A stretch of DNA of 64,000 nucleotides from an uncultured candidatus Brocadiaceae bacterium (lineage in GTDB: Bacteria; Planctomycetota; UBA1135; UBA2386). The notes below the pieces were generated by a model. That model ran no database searches. It saw nothing but the letters and a program-made list of their open reading frames with translations, and was not told the DNA's origin. Location of the stretch: the NCBI GenBank assembly GCA_964538915.1, contig CAZIFB010000002.1:263424-327423 (forward strand). The letters run 5' to 3'. The position numbers and the translations under genes are program-made. Shown here piece by piece: positions 1 to 8,372 of the stretch; the stretch's first letter is position 1; every line of letters starts with the position of its first letter.

Positions 1-86
1 GCCGGAGCGGATGCGACAGCCCGCAGAGGGAAAGCCGGGGCCCGAACGGCTCACGCCAACGCGGGTTGCGATCCGATGCGGAGCGC

Positions 87-971
87 ATGGCCACGCTGCT
101 GCGCCGGTGCATCGCCGCCCTCCGGGCGCCGGGGAACGAACTCGCGTTCGCGGTGCGCAGCGGCCTCGGTTGGCAGCGCGGTCCGGTCGTTCTCGCGAAC
201 GAGGACAAGGGCGGGTTGTTCGCACCGGAACCCGCGGCGCGCGTGCAGTGCCTCGTTGCTCGCTTCGATCTCACGGACCTCGAACGCCGCTCGACGATCG
301 CGGCGTGGGCCGCGAACCTGGCGCTGCTCGAGAGCCTGGAGGCGCTGACCAGGGGTATCGCGATCCCGCACCCCGCGAACGCCGCCGTGCACGCCATCGA
401 CGTGGGAAGCGGTGACTTCCACTACGCGACGGCATTGCAGCGCTGGCTGTCGCTGCACGGCGAACCGCCCGAGCCGCGCAAGGTCGTGCTGCGCGGGTTC
501 GAGATCGACGGCCACGGGATCTACCGCGACGGCCATTCGCGCGCCGACCATGCCCGTTCCCACGCGGCGCTCGCCGCCCGCCCGGGCGACGTCGTCCGCT
601 ACGAAGTGGCCGACGCAGCGTCGGTGCGCCTTCCGGAGCAGGACGTCGCCACACTGCTGTTCCCGTTCCTCACCGCCTACCCGGCCCTGCGGTGGGGCAT
701 GCCGCTGTCGCGCTGGCGGCCGCGTCGCCTCTTGCGTCGTGTCGTTCGTTCGCTGCGGCCGGGCGGCCTCCTGGTGGTCGTCAACCAGACCGCGGCGGAG
801 TTCGAACGGCTGCTGCGCCTCTTCGCCGACGAACCGCTGGAACGGCTCGCAACCGCGTCCTTCGCCACCGATCTCGGGCCCGCCGCGGAACGAACCGCCG
901 ATCGTGTCGGGTCGGCGTGGCGCCGGCTGGAACCCGGAACGACGCCTCCCGGCCGCCCGCGGCGCGGGTAG
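87..971 (+). CDS. class I SAM-dependent methyltransferase-like protein
   Basis: Frame of ORF 66..971, first ATG at 87. Motif-I-like AIDVGSGDF, acidic post-I LRGFEID and an LRPGGLLVVV strand. High GC3. Confidence 0.55.
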   Translation: MATLLRRCIAALRAPGNELAFAVRSGLGWQRGPVVLANEDKGGLFAPEPAARVQCLVARFDLTDLERRSTIAAWAANLALLESLEALTRGIAIPHPANAAVHAIDVGSGDFHYATALQRWLSLHGEPPEPRKVVLRGFEIDGHGIYRDGHSRADHARSHAALAARPGDVVRYEVADAASVRLPEQDVATLLFPFLTAYPALRWGMPLSRWRPRRLLRRVVRSLRPGGLLVVVNQTAAEFERLLRLFADEPLERLATASFATDLGPAAERTADRVGSAWRRLEPGTTPPGRPRRG

Positions 972-1029
972 GATCCCGGCCCTCCGAATCGGCGCCGCAG
1001 GCCCCCGTGGCGCCCCGTTCGACTCGCCA

Positions 1030-3690
1030 ATGCCGTCACCATCCACAGATGCTCGTACGTCGCCTTCCAGCGACGGCCGGTCTCGCCCGAAGCCGAGGAA
1101 GAACCCCCTGCCGATCGTCGTCGGCGCCTTCGCGGTCGGCCTGATCGGCTTCCTCGTCGCAACCAGTGGCGGTGGCTCGGCGCAGGCCGAACTCGCGATC
1201 GTGCAGCGCGCCCGCAAGGACGGTCAGCTCGAGCGCGCCGCGGCGGAGATCGCCAAGTTGCGCCAGGCGTGGGGCGATGCGCAGGACGATCGACTGCAGC
1301 GCCTCGACGCCGAGCAGAAGGAACTCGACACGATCCACGGCGAGATCGATCGCCTCACGGCCCAGGTCCTCGACCCGGCGATCGCGCGCACGCATGCACA
1401 GTGGATCCTGGAGCTGCGTGCGCTCGAGGGCGGCGAGAACCCGGCGGTCGCCATCGCGGCGCGACGGGTGCGCGGTTCGTTGACGGAGACGTTGCTGCGG
1501 CGACCCGTGGTGCGCGTCGCGTCGCCCGACGCGGCGGCGCCGGATGCGAAGAAGGGGGCCGCTCCCGAGGCCGCGCCGGTGGTCGCCACCGCAGCGCCGA
1601 ACGAAGCGGCGCCGGCCCGCATCGATCCGCCGGCGGTCGGAAGGCCGGACGTCGTCGCCGCGGCGCGCAAGGAAGCGACGCGGCTCCTCGATCAGGGACT
1701 CTTCGCGCAGGCGATCGCGATGCTGCAGGAGGGGCTCGCGAACGGCGACGCCGCGGCGGCGGACGGACTCACGGCCCTGCACGAGCACCTGGAGTTCGCT
1801 CGCGGTTCGGCGCGCGCGGCGATGAACGCGCTCCTCGCGGAGGCGAAGCGTGTGTCCGCGACCAAGCCGGACGATGCGGCGCGGCTGCTCGTGGTCGCGC
1901 GCCACCGATTCCCGGCGACGGCCGAATTCGCGCCGCTCGCCGAAGCCCTGCAGAAGGCCGAGCAGGCGGTGCGCGAGGCCAAGGCGGCCGCGGCGGCGGA
2001 AGCCGCGACGCTGCTGAAGCCCGCCGTCGACGACGCGTCGCGCATCGCGACGCTCGCCGGTCTGCGCGGGCAGCTCGATGCGGCGAGGTCCGCCGAGGAA
2101 CGCGGCGACTTCGGCGCGGCGGCGGTCGTCCTGCGCGAAGCCGCGACTGCCGCGCGCGACCGCGACCCGGACTTCGCCGGCCGCCTCGAAGGGCGCGCGG
2201 TCGACGCCGACCTGATCTCCGCGTGGCACCAGGCGATCGCGAACGTGCTGCAGGGCGGGCGCACGCTGAAGTGCACTACGGCCGCCGGCCGCGCGGTCAC
2301 GCTCCAGAGCACGCAGGGTTCGGATCTCGTCGCCACCTCTGCGGACGGCACCGTGCACGTCACGTGGATCGAGGTCTCGCCGCTCGGCATCGCGATGCTC
2401 GTCGACCAGGCCCAGGTGCGCGGCGAAGCGGCCCTCGGTGCCGCGACGCTGCTCTACAAGAACACCGATCGCGAGCGCGCCGAGGTGCTCCTCGCGAAGA
2501 CGCTGCAGGCCGATGCCGCGCTGAAGGGCGCCATCGACGGCGTGCTGTCGCGCGGACGCGGCGAGCCGGTCGATTCGCGCGGTTACACGCTCGGCAAGGA
2601 AGGCTTCGTGTCGGCGCGTTCGGTCGAGCTGCAGAAGGAAGGCCAGAAGCTCGCCGCGCGCCTCGACACCGCACTCGCGGATCGCGACCCGGCCGCACGG
2701 GACAAGGTGCTCGCCGAGGTGGGGGCGTCCGGCCCCGAGGCGGTGGCCGTCCTCACGACCGCGCTGAAGAAGCAGTTCGACCAACGCATCGCGAAGATCG
2801 ACGGGAGCGGCGTGAAGAAGCAGCTCGAGCGCCTCGCCGAACAGCGCCGCCTGCTCGACACGGCGCGACAGGAAGCGAAGGCGTTGATCTACGACGAGGT
2901 GAAGTACTTCTACCCCTACAAGCCACCCGCGGTCTCGGCCGACAAGTTCGCCGAGTACAACCGCGTGCAGGCGGAGGTGAACCGCCTCGTTGCCGCTGTG
3001 CGGGTGATCTGGAAGGACGAGCGCATCAAGGTGCGCGTGCCGGCGTCGATGCGCGGCGACCTCGACCGCATCGACTGGCTCGGCAGGAACCTCGCCAGCC
3101 TCGGAGCACTCGACCAGGCGGCGATGGCGAAGATCGGCTGGGCGCGTGCGCTGCCCGCTGGCGACACGGTTTCGATCCACGACTACTGCGTCGACGCGTC
3201 GGAACGCGCCGAGATCGAAGAGTGGCGCCGGATCGAGGCCTACAACACGATCGCCGGCAAGCAGGTGAGTTCGTCCGCGCGCGAACTGCTCGCGATCACG
3301 AACGAGTACCGAGCGATGTTCCGCCACCGGCCCCTCGCGATCGTGAAGATCGTCTGCGACGCGGCGCAGGGGCACGCCGAGGAGATGACGAAGCTCGGCT
3401 ATTTCTCGCACATGTCGCCGACGCCGGGACGCACGACGCCCTACGACCGCATGCGCCTCGTGGGCTACAACGCCGGCGTCAGCGAGAACATCGCCCTGCA
3501 CGACGGGGCGCTCGGCGCGCACAACGCCTGGTGCACCTCGTCGGGCCACCATCGCAACCTTCTCGACCCGAGCCACACGGAGATGGGGATCGGTTGTGAC
3601 GGCCGCAATTGGGTCGAGAACTTCGGCGCGGGCAGCGTGTATCGTGACGACCCGGCGTGGACCGCGGCCGGGGAGGCCGCGTCGCGCTGA
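1030..3690 (+). CDS. single-pass membrane protein with long Ala-rich helical ectodomain and C-terminal CAP/SCP (YkwD-like) domain
   Basis: Frame of ORF 412..3690, ATG at 1030. Ser/Thr/Pro/Arg-rich N-tail, then TM LPIVVGAFAVGLIGFLVATSGG. C-terminus YFSHMSPTPG...GHHRNLLDPSHTEMGIG is typical of CAP domains. Confidence 0.75.
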   Translation: MPSPSTDARTSPSSDGRSRPKPRKNPLPIVVGAFAVGLIGFLVATSGGGSAQAELAIVQRARKDGQLERAAAEIAKLRQAWGDAQDDRLQRLDAEQKELDTIHGEIDRLTAQVLDPAIARTHAQWILELRALEGGENPAVAIAARRVRGSLTETLLRRPVVRVASPDAAAPDAKKGAAPEAAPVVATAAPNEAAPARIDPPAVGRPDVVAAARKEATRLLDQGLFAQAIAMLQEGLANGDAAAADGLTALHEHLEFARGSARAAMNALLAEAKRVSATKPDDAARLLVVARHRFPATAEFAPLAEALQKAEQAVREAKAAAAAEAATLLKPAVDDASRIATLAGLRGQLDAARSAEERGDFGAAAVVLREAATAARDRDPDFAGRLEGRAVDADLISAWHQAIANVLQGGRTLKCTTAAGRAVTLQSTQGSDLVATSADGTVHVTWIEVSPLGIAMLVDQAQVRGEAALGAATLLYKNTDRERAEVLLAKTLQADAALKGAIDGVLSRGRGEPVDSRGYTLGKEGFVSARSVELQKEGQKLAARLDTALADRDPAARDKVLAEVGASGPEAVAVLTTALKKQFDQRIAKIDGSGVKKQLERLAEQRRLLDTARQEAKALIYDEVKYFYPYKPPAVSADKFAEYNRVQAEVNRLVAAVRVIWKDERIKVRVPASMRGDLDRIDWLGRNLASLGALDQAAMAKIGWARALPAGDTVSIHDYCVDASERAEIEEWRRIEAYNTIAGKQVSSSARELLAITNEYRAMFRHRPLAIVKIVCDAAQGHAEEMTKLGYFSHMSPTPGRTTPYDRMRLVGYNAGVSENIALHDGALGAHNAWCTSSGHHRNLLDPSHTEMGIGCDGRNWVENFGAGSVYRDDPAWTAAGEAASR

Positions 3691-3705
3691 CAGGAGAGCC
3701 GAGAA

Positions 3706-5004
3706 GTGCCGCACCAGATCGAGATCACGAGACCGGGCGGCGCGAAGAACCTGCTGCCGATGGCCGGCGAGACGCTCGTCGTCGGCAGTAGTGCCGGCGC
3801 CGACGTGATGCTGCACGCACCCGGACTCGAGCCGCAGCATCTGCGTTTCGTTCGCACCGACGTGGGTGTCCGCGTCGAGCCGTGCCGCCCCGGCGCGTCG
3901 GTCGTCGTGAACGGCGAGGAGCTGTTCTGCAAGGATCTCGCTCCGAACGACGTCGTCGACCTCGTCGGACTGCGTCTGCGGTGGCTGCCGGAGCCAAAGG
4001 CTCCCGCGAAGGCGGCGCCGGCGCGCCCCGCGCCTGCGGCATCGACTGCGCCGGTTGCGGAGCCGCTGCGCCCCGAGCCCGCCCGAGCTGCCGCACCGCC
4101 ACCGCGACCTGTTCGCAGCGCCGTGCGCGACCGGAATGCCGCCGACGGCGCGGATCGCGACGAACGACCGCGGCGCCGCGCGAAGTCCGTCGGGTGGGGG
4201 CCGTTCCTCGTGGTCTTCGGTCTCGTGCTCGGCGGAGCGGTCGTTGCCGTGAAGCTGCTGTCGAACTCGACGTGGCCGAGTTCACCGGCGGACTACGTCG
4301 ATCTCGCGCGCGAACAGCTGAGGAACAACCAGCGCGAACGCGCTCTCGAGACGCTCGCGTTCGCGATGAAGGATGCGACCGGCGCCGTTCGCGAGGACGC
4401 ACTCGCGCTCTACGCGTCCGTGCAGAAGCTGCACGGTGAGTTCGCCATCGCACCGAAGGTCGACATCGCGCGGCAGGAACTCGGCCTCGTGACGAAGTTC
4501 GCCGAGCGCAATCTCCGCGACAAGGCGACGCGGCCGGCGGCGCGCGAGTTCGTGCGGTCGTGCGACCGCTGGCTCCAGCGCCACCGCGAGGTGTGCACCG
4601 CGTCCGAGGACGGCAAGGTGCTCTTGCGTTCGCTCGAAGAACAGCGAGGCCGCTACGTCGCGATCGCCGCGATGGAAGAACCCGACACGATGGAGGACGT
4701 GCTGTTCGGCGCCCGCGCGAAGATGTCGCTGCAGTGGCGCGAGTACAAGGTGGCGATCCGTGCACTCGACGACTACCTCGCTGCGCACCCCGGCGATGCT
4801 GTCGTCACGGCCGAACGCGAGACGATGCTGCGCGAGGGCGAGGAGTGGCTGCGGGGCCGGCTGCGACTCGTCGATCAGCTGGTCAATCGCGGCGACACGG
4901 GCGGTGCCCAGCGCGATCTCCGCAATCTCGAGGAATGGTCGGTCCTCCCGCAGTGGGAGCCGCTCGTCAAGGCGTACCGCGCGAAGCTGCCTGCGGATCG
5001 GTGA
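3706..5004 (+). CDS. FHA domain-containing single-pass membrane protein
   Basis: GTG start 16 nt after the CAP gene. N-terminal FHA fold pattern (LVVGSSAGADVMLHAPGLEPQHLRF...VVVNGEEL), Pro/Ala-rich linker, TM WGPFLVVFGLVLGGAVVAVKLL and a helical TPR-like C-terminal ectodomain. Confidence 0.8.
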   Translation: MPHQIEITRPGGAKNLLPMAGETLVVGSSAGADVMLHAPGLEPQHLRFVRTDVGVRVEPCRPGASVVVNGEELFCKDLAPNDVVDLVGLRLRWLPEPKAPAKAAPARPAPAASTAPVAEPLRPEPARAAAPPPRPVRSAVRDRNAADGADRDERPRRRAKSVGWGPFLVVFGLVLGGAVVAVKLLSNSTWPSSPADYVDLAREQLRNNQRERALETLAFAMKDATGAVREDALALYASVQKLHGEFAIAPKVDIARQELGLVTKFAERNLRDKATRPAAREFVRSCDRWLQRHREVCTASEDGKVLLRSLEEQRGRYVAIAAMEEPDTMEDVLFGARAKMSLQWREYKVAIRALDDYLAAHPGDAVVTAERETMLREGEEWLRGRLRLVDQLVNRGDTGGAQRDLRNLEEWSVLPQWEPLVKAYRAKLPADR

Positions 5005-5007
5005 CGA

Positions 5008-5565
5008 TCAGTGCGACGCCGCGAACGCGACCGCAGGAGTCGCGAGGGAAGGCGCCGAGTGGCGTTCGTCGCTCAACAGCAGCTGCCAGAACCCGACATC
5101 GTGCCATGCGTCGAACTTGCGCCCGGCGCGGACGACCGTTCCGCAGTGCACGAACCCGAGCGACTCGTGCAGTCGAACGGAAGCGTCGTTCGGCAGCGCG
5201 ATGCCGCCGAGCGCGGCGTGGAAGCCCTGCGCACGCAGCACACGGCACAGGCGCTCGTAGAGCGGGCGGCCGAGACCGCGACCACAGTGGTGCGGCGCCA
5301 GGTAGATGCCGGTCTCGGTGATCCACCGGTACGCCGAGCGTGTGCGCCACGCGCCGGACTTCGCGTAGCCGACCACTTCGCCCTCGCGCTCGGCGGCGAG
5401 CCAAGGGTAGGTGTCCTGATGCTCGCGCCACGTCGAGCGCAGTTCGTCCGCGGTGACGTCGTCGTAGCCGAAATGGATCGCCGTCGTGCGGATGTAGTGG
5501 TTGGTGATCGTCGCGAACGTCGCGAAGTCCTCCGCGTGCGCGAGCCGGATCGTTGCTCCGGTCAT
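5008..5565 (-). CDS. GNAT family N-acetyltransferase (phosphinothricin/methionine-sulfoximine acetyltransferase-like)
   Basis: C-terminal 185 aa of ORF 5008..6306: MTGATIRLAHAEDFATFATITNHYIRTTAIHF...CGRGLGRPLYERL. The ATG overlaps the meaB stop (ATGA at 5562-5565). Confidence 0.85.
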   Translation of the reverse strand: MTGATIRLAHAEDFATFATITNHYIRTTAIHFGYDDVTADELRSTWREHQDTYPWLAAEREGEVVGYAKSGAWRTRSAYRWITETGIYLAPHHCGRGLGRPLYERLCRVLRAQGFHAALGGIALPNDASVRLHESLGFVHCGTVVRAGRKFDAWHDVGFWQLLLSDERHSAPSLATPAVAFAASH

Positions 5566-6530
5566 CGCCGCCCCTTCACCAGGTCTCGGGCCGCAGTCGT
5601 CGCCAGGACCTCGCCGCGTGCGACGCGCTGGCGCGCCGCAGCCATTGCCGCGGCCGTCGAGGGATCGGCGAGGAACGCCGTCAGCAGCCGTTCGCGAACC
5701 GCGGTGTCCAGCCACTCGTCGGCCTGCCGCGCTCGACGTGCCGCGAACCTCCCGTCGGCGCGCCGTGCGGCGGCAGCACGCTCGATCGTGCGCCACAGCT
5801 CGTCGAGGCCGGCGCCGGTGAGCGACGAGCCGACGACGACCGCAGGCGGTTCCGCGCCGTCGGGATGCAGCACGTGCATGGCGATGCGGCACTGCTGCGC
5901 GGCGCGCTCCGCGGCGGCCGCGAGGTCGCCGTCCGCCTTGTGCACGAGCACCGCGTCGGCGAGTTCCATCACGCCGCGCTTGATGCCCTGGAGTTCGTCG
6001 CCGGCCGCCGGCGAGAGCAGGAGCAGGAAGAAGTCGACCATGCCGTGCACCGCGACTTCGCTCTGACCCGTGCCGATCGTCTCGACGAGAACGACGTCGA
6101 ACCCGCCCGCCTCGCACAGCAGCATCGCTTCGCGGGTGCGCGCGGCCACGCCGCCGAGGGTCTCGCCGCCGGGCGACGGCCGGATGAACGCGTTCGCCTG
6201 CCGGCTCAGCTCGGTCATCCGCGTCTTGTCGCCGAGGATGCTGCCGCCGGTGACCGCCGAACTCGGATCGACGGCGAGGACCGCGACCCGGTGGCCGGCG
6301 CCGCACAGCTGCATGCCGAGTGCTTCGATCAGCGTGCTCTTCCCCACGCCGGGCGCTCCGGTGATGCCGACGCGCAGCGACGCACCGGCGCGCGGAAGCA
6401 GCGCCTGCAGCAGTTCGTCCGCAGCGCCGGCATCGGTGTCGCGCCGGCTCTCGACGAGGGTGATGCCGCGCGCGAGGGCGCCGCGGTCACCGAGCTGGAT
6501 CGCTGCAGCGAGGTCGTGGATCGACGTCAC
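5562..6530 (-). CDS. meaB: methylmalonyl-CoA mutase-associated GTPase MeaB/ArgK
   Basis: P-loop GITGAPGVGKST, DPSS..TGGSILGDKTRM, VETIGTGQSE and HKADG motifs across the full 322 aa. Confidence 0.9.
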   Translation of the reverse strand: MTSIHDLAAAIQLGDRGALARGITLVESRRDTDAGAADELLQALLPRAGASLRVGITGAPGVGKSTLIEALGMQLCGAGHRVAVLAVDPSSAVTGGSILGDKTRMTELSRQANAFIRPSPGGETLGGVAARTREAMLLCEAGGFDVVLVETIGTGQSEVAVHGMVDFFLLLLSPAAGDELQGIKRGVMELADAVLVHKADGDLAAAAERAAQQCRIAMHVLHPDGAEPPAVVVGSSLTGAGLDELWRTIERAAAARRADGRFAARRARQADEWLDTAVRERLLTAFLADPSTAAAMAAARQRVARGEVLATTAARDLVKGRR

Positions 6531-6630
6531 GCGGACACGCTACGCGGCGGCCGTCCGTCTTGCCACGCGGGTGGTATCGGCCGACACGGGCGTGCGCACA
6601 TCGAGGTCGCGACGATACGCTGCCGCCCAC

Positions 6631-7536
6631 ATGCGCTTCGAGAACCAGCGCGGCAGCTCCAACGTCGAGGATCGCCGCGGCGACGGTGCGCCGCGTCGCG
6701 GCGGCAGTCCGTTCGGCGGCGGAGGTGTGCGGATTCCGATGGGGCGTGGCGGCGTCGGCATCGGCGGCCTGCTCGTGCTGCTCGCCCTCGCCTGGTTCGC
6801 GGGGCTGGACCCGCTCGCCCTGCTGGCCGGCAACGGCGCGGTGCGCCGCAGCAGCGGACCCGTCGCCACGACGCGTGCGGAGGAGGAGCTGAAGGACTTC
6901 GTCGGCAAGGTGCTCGCGACGACCGAGACGTGCTGGAGCGAACTGCTGCCCGCGAAGCTCCGGCGCGACTACGAGCCACCGAAGCTCGTCTTGTTCCGCG
7001 ACGGCGCGCAATCGGCGTGCGGCTTTGCCGAGTCCGCGGTGGGGCCGTTCTACTGCCCCGGCGACAGCAAGGTGTACATCGACCTGTCGTTCCTCGACGA
7101 GATGGCGCGCACGCTCGGTGCTTCCGGCGACTTCGCGCAGGCCTACGTCGTCGCGCACGAGGTGGGGCACCACGTGCAGAACCTGCTCGGCACGAACCGC
7201 CAGGTGGCAGCGTTGCGCGCTCGCGGAGCCAGCGAGGCCGAACAGAACCGCGCTTCCGTGCAGCTCGAACTGCAGGCGGACTACTTCGCCGGCGTGTGGG
7301 CGCACTTCGTCGAACACCGCATGCGAGCGACCGTCCGGCTCGACGCCGGCGACTACGAAGAAGCGATCGCCGCCGCACAGGCGGTCGGTGACGACACGTT
7401 GCAGCGGCGCGCCACGGGCCGCGTCGTGCCCGAGAAGTTCACGCACGGCACCGCCGCGCAGCGGGCGAAGTGGTTCCGGCTCGGATTCGAGACCGGTGAC
7501 CCGCTGGCCCACGACCCGTTCCGCGAAGAGAAGTAA
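6631..7536 (+). CDS. YpfJ-family neutral zinc metallopeptidase
   Basis: Frame of ORF 6070..7536, ATG at 6631. MRFENQRGSSNVEDRRG N-terminus, one TM, GPFYCPGDSKVYIDLSF and HExxH (VVAHEVGHHVQN). Confidence 0.85.
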   Translation: MRFENQRGSSNVEDRRGDGAPRRGGSPFGGGGVRIPMGRGGVGIGGLLVLLALAWFAGLDPLALLAGNGAVRRSSGPVATTRAEEELKDFVGKVLATTETCWSELLPAKLRRDYEPPKLVLFRDGAQSACGFAESAVGPFYCPGDSKVYIDLSFLDEMARTLGASGDFAQAYVVAHEVGHHVQNLLGTNRQVAALRARGASEAEQNRASVQLELQADYFAGVWAHFVEHRMRATVRLDAGDYEEAIAAAQAVGDDTLQRRATGRVVPEKFTHGTAAQRAKWFRLGFETGDPLAHDPFREEK

Positions 7537-7538
7537 CC

Positions 7539-8348
7539 TTGCGACGCCGCGTGTTCCTACTGCTCCTCGTCGCTGCCGTCGGGTACTCGCTGCTGCTGCT
7601 GGCCGTGTACCTGCAGCAGGACCTGCTCGTGTTCCCCGGCGCCGGGCGCGGCATCCGCCCGCTCGACGTGACCGGAGTCACGACGCGCGAGCTTCCCGGG
7701 CTGCGCAACGAGCCGTTCCGCATCGTCGAGTGCGTGCCCGACAAGCCCACCGCGGTAGTAGTGCACTTCGTCGGCAACGGCGAAGACCTCTGCAGCGCCG
7801 CACGCTACGCGGTTTCGTTCGCGGGGTACGGCGTGGCGGTCGTCTCGCCCGAGTACCCGGGCTATGGCGGCAGCCGCGGTCGCCCGTCGGTGGCCTCGGT
7901 CCTGCGCGCGGCGGAACTCACGACCGAACACGCGGCGGCGCTCGCGCAGCGCTTCGGCGTTCCGCTCTACGCGTCGGGCAGCTCGCTCGGCACGTTCAGC
8001 GCCGTGCACGTCGCGTCGCAGGGCAAGGTGGCGAAGTGCCTGCTGCGCGCGCCGGCGACGTCGATCGCCGCGGTCGCAGCGTCGAGCTTCTGGTGGCTTC
8101 CGGTGCGCACGCTGCTGCGGCACACGTTCGACAACCGCGATCCGGCGAAGCGCGTCACGTGCCCCGTGCTGATCGTGCACGGTGACGCCGACGAGGTGAT
8201 TCCGGTCGAGCAGGGCAAGGCACTTCGCGAGATGTTCGCGGGGCCGGCCGAGATCGTGATCGTGCCGGGCGCCGGCCACAACGATCTGTCGGTCGGGCCC
8301 GAAGGCCCGGTCGCCGCGCAGGTGCGCACGTTCCTCGCCGCGAAGTGA
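7539..8348 (+). CDS. alpha/beta hydrolase
   Basis: TTG start 2 nt after the ypfJ-like stop. N-terminal TM, nucleophile elbow GSSLG, and HGDADEVIP plus GAGHND for the acid and His. Confidence 0.75.
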   Translation: MRRRVFLLLLVAAVGYSLLLLAVYLQQDLLVFPGAGRGIRPLDVTGVTTRELPGLRNEPFRIVECVPDKPTAVVVHFVGNGEDLCSAARYAVSFAGYGVAVVSPEYPGYGGSRGRPSVASVLRAAELTTEHAAALAQRFGVPLYASGSSLGTFSAVHVASQGKVAKCLLRAPATSIAAVAASSFWWLPVRTLLRHTFDNRDPAKRVTCPVLIVHGDADEVIPVEQGKALREMFAGPAEIVIVPGAGHNDLSVGPEGPVAAQVRTFLAAK

Positions 8349-8372
8349 CGCGGTCGCGACGCGGCGCGCGGG

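Noticed and set aside
412-1029. N-terminal 206-aa extension of the CAP-domain ORF that overlaps the methyltransferase-like gene.
   Set aside because: The extension is Arg/Ser/Pro-rich and low in complexity, and it overlaps a better coding frame. The ATG at 1030 gives a sensible tail-TM-ectodomain topology.
1036-3840. Very long antisense or alternate-frame ORFs throughout the track (for example 1036..3840 -, 8155..9963 -, 20282..23263 -, 28254..30740 +, 48750..51092 -, 58924..61188 +).
   Set aside because: Their translations are Arg/Pro/Gly/Ala-rich and low in complexity, and they lack motifs. Each overlaps a frame with clear family signatures and high GC3. This is the typical stop-codon-poor artefact of a roughly 70% GC genome.
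5002-5010. Palindromic stop-to-stop junctions at convergent genes (tgacgatca at 5002, tgaacgtca at 39411, tgatca at 47588).
   Set aside because: This is a trivial consequence of TGA facing TCA with 0-3 nt gaps. It shows tight packing and no room for terminators, but it is not a distinct element.
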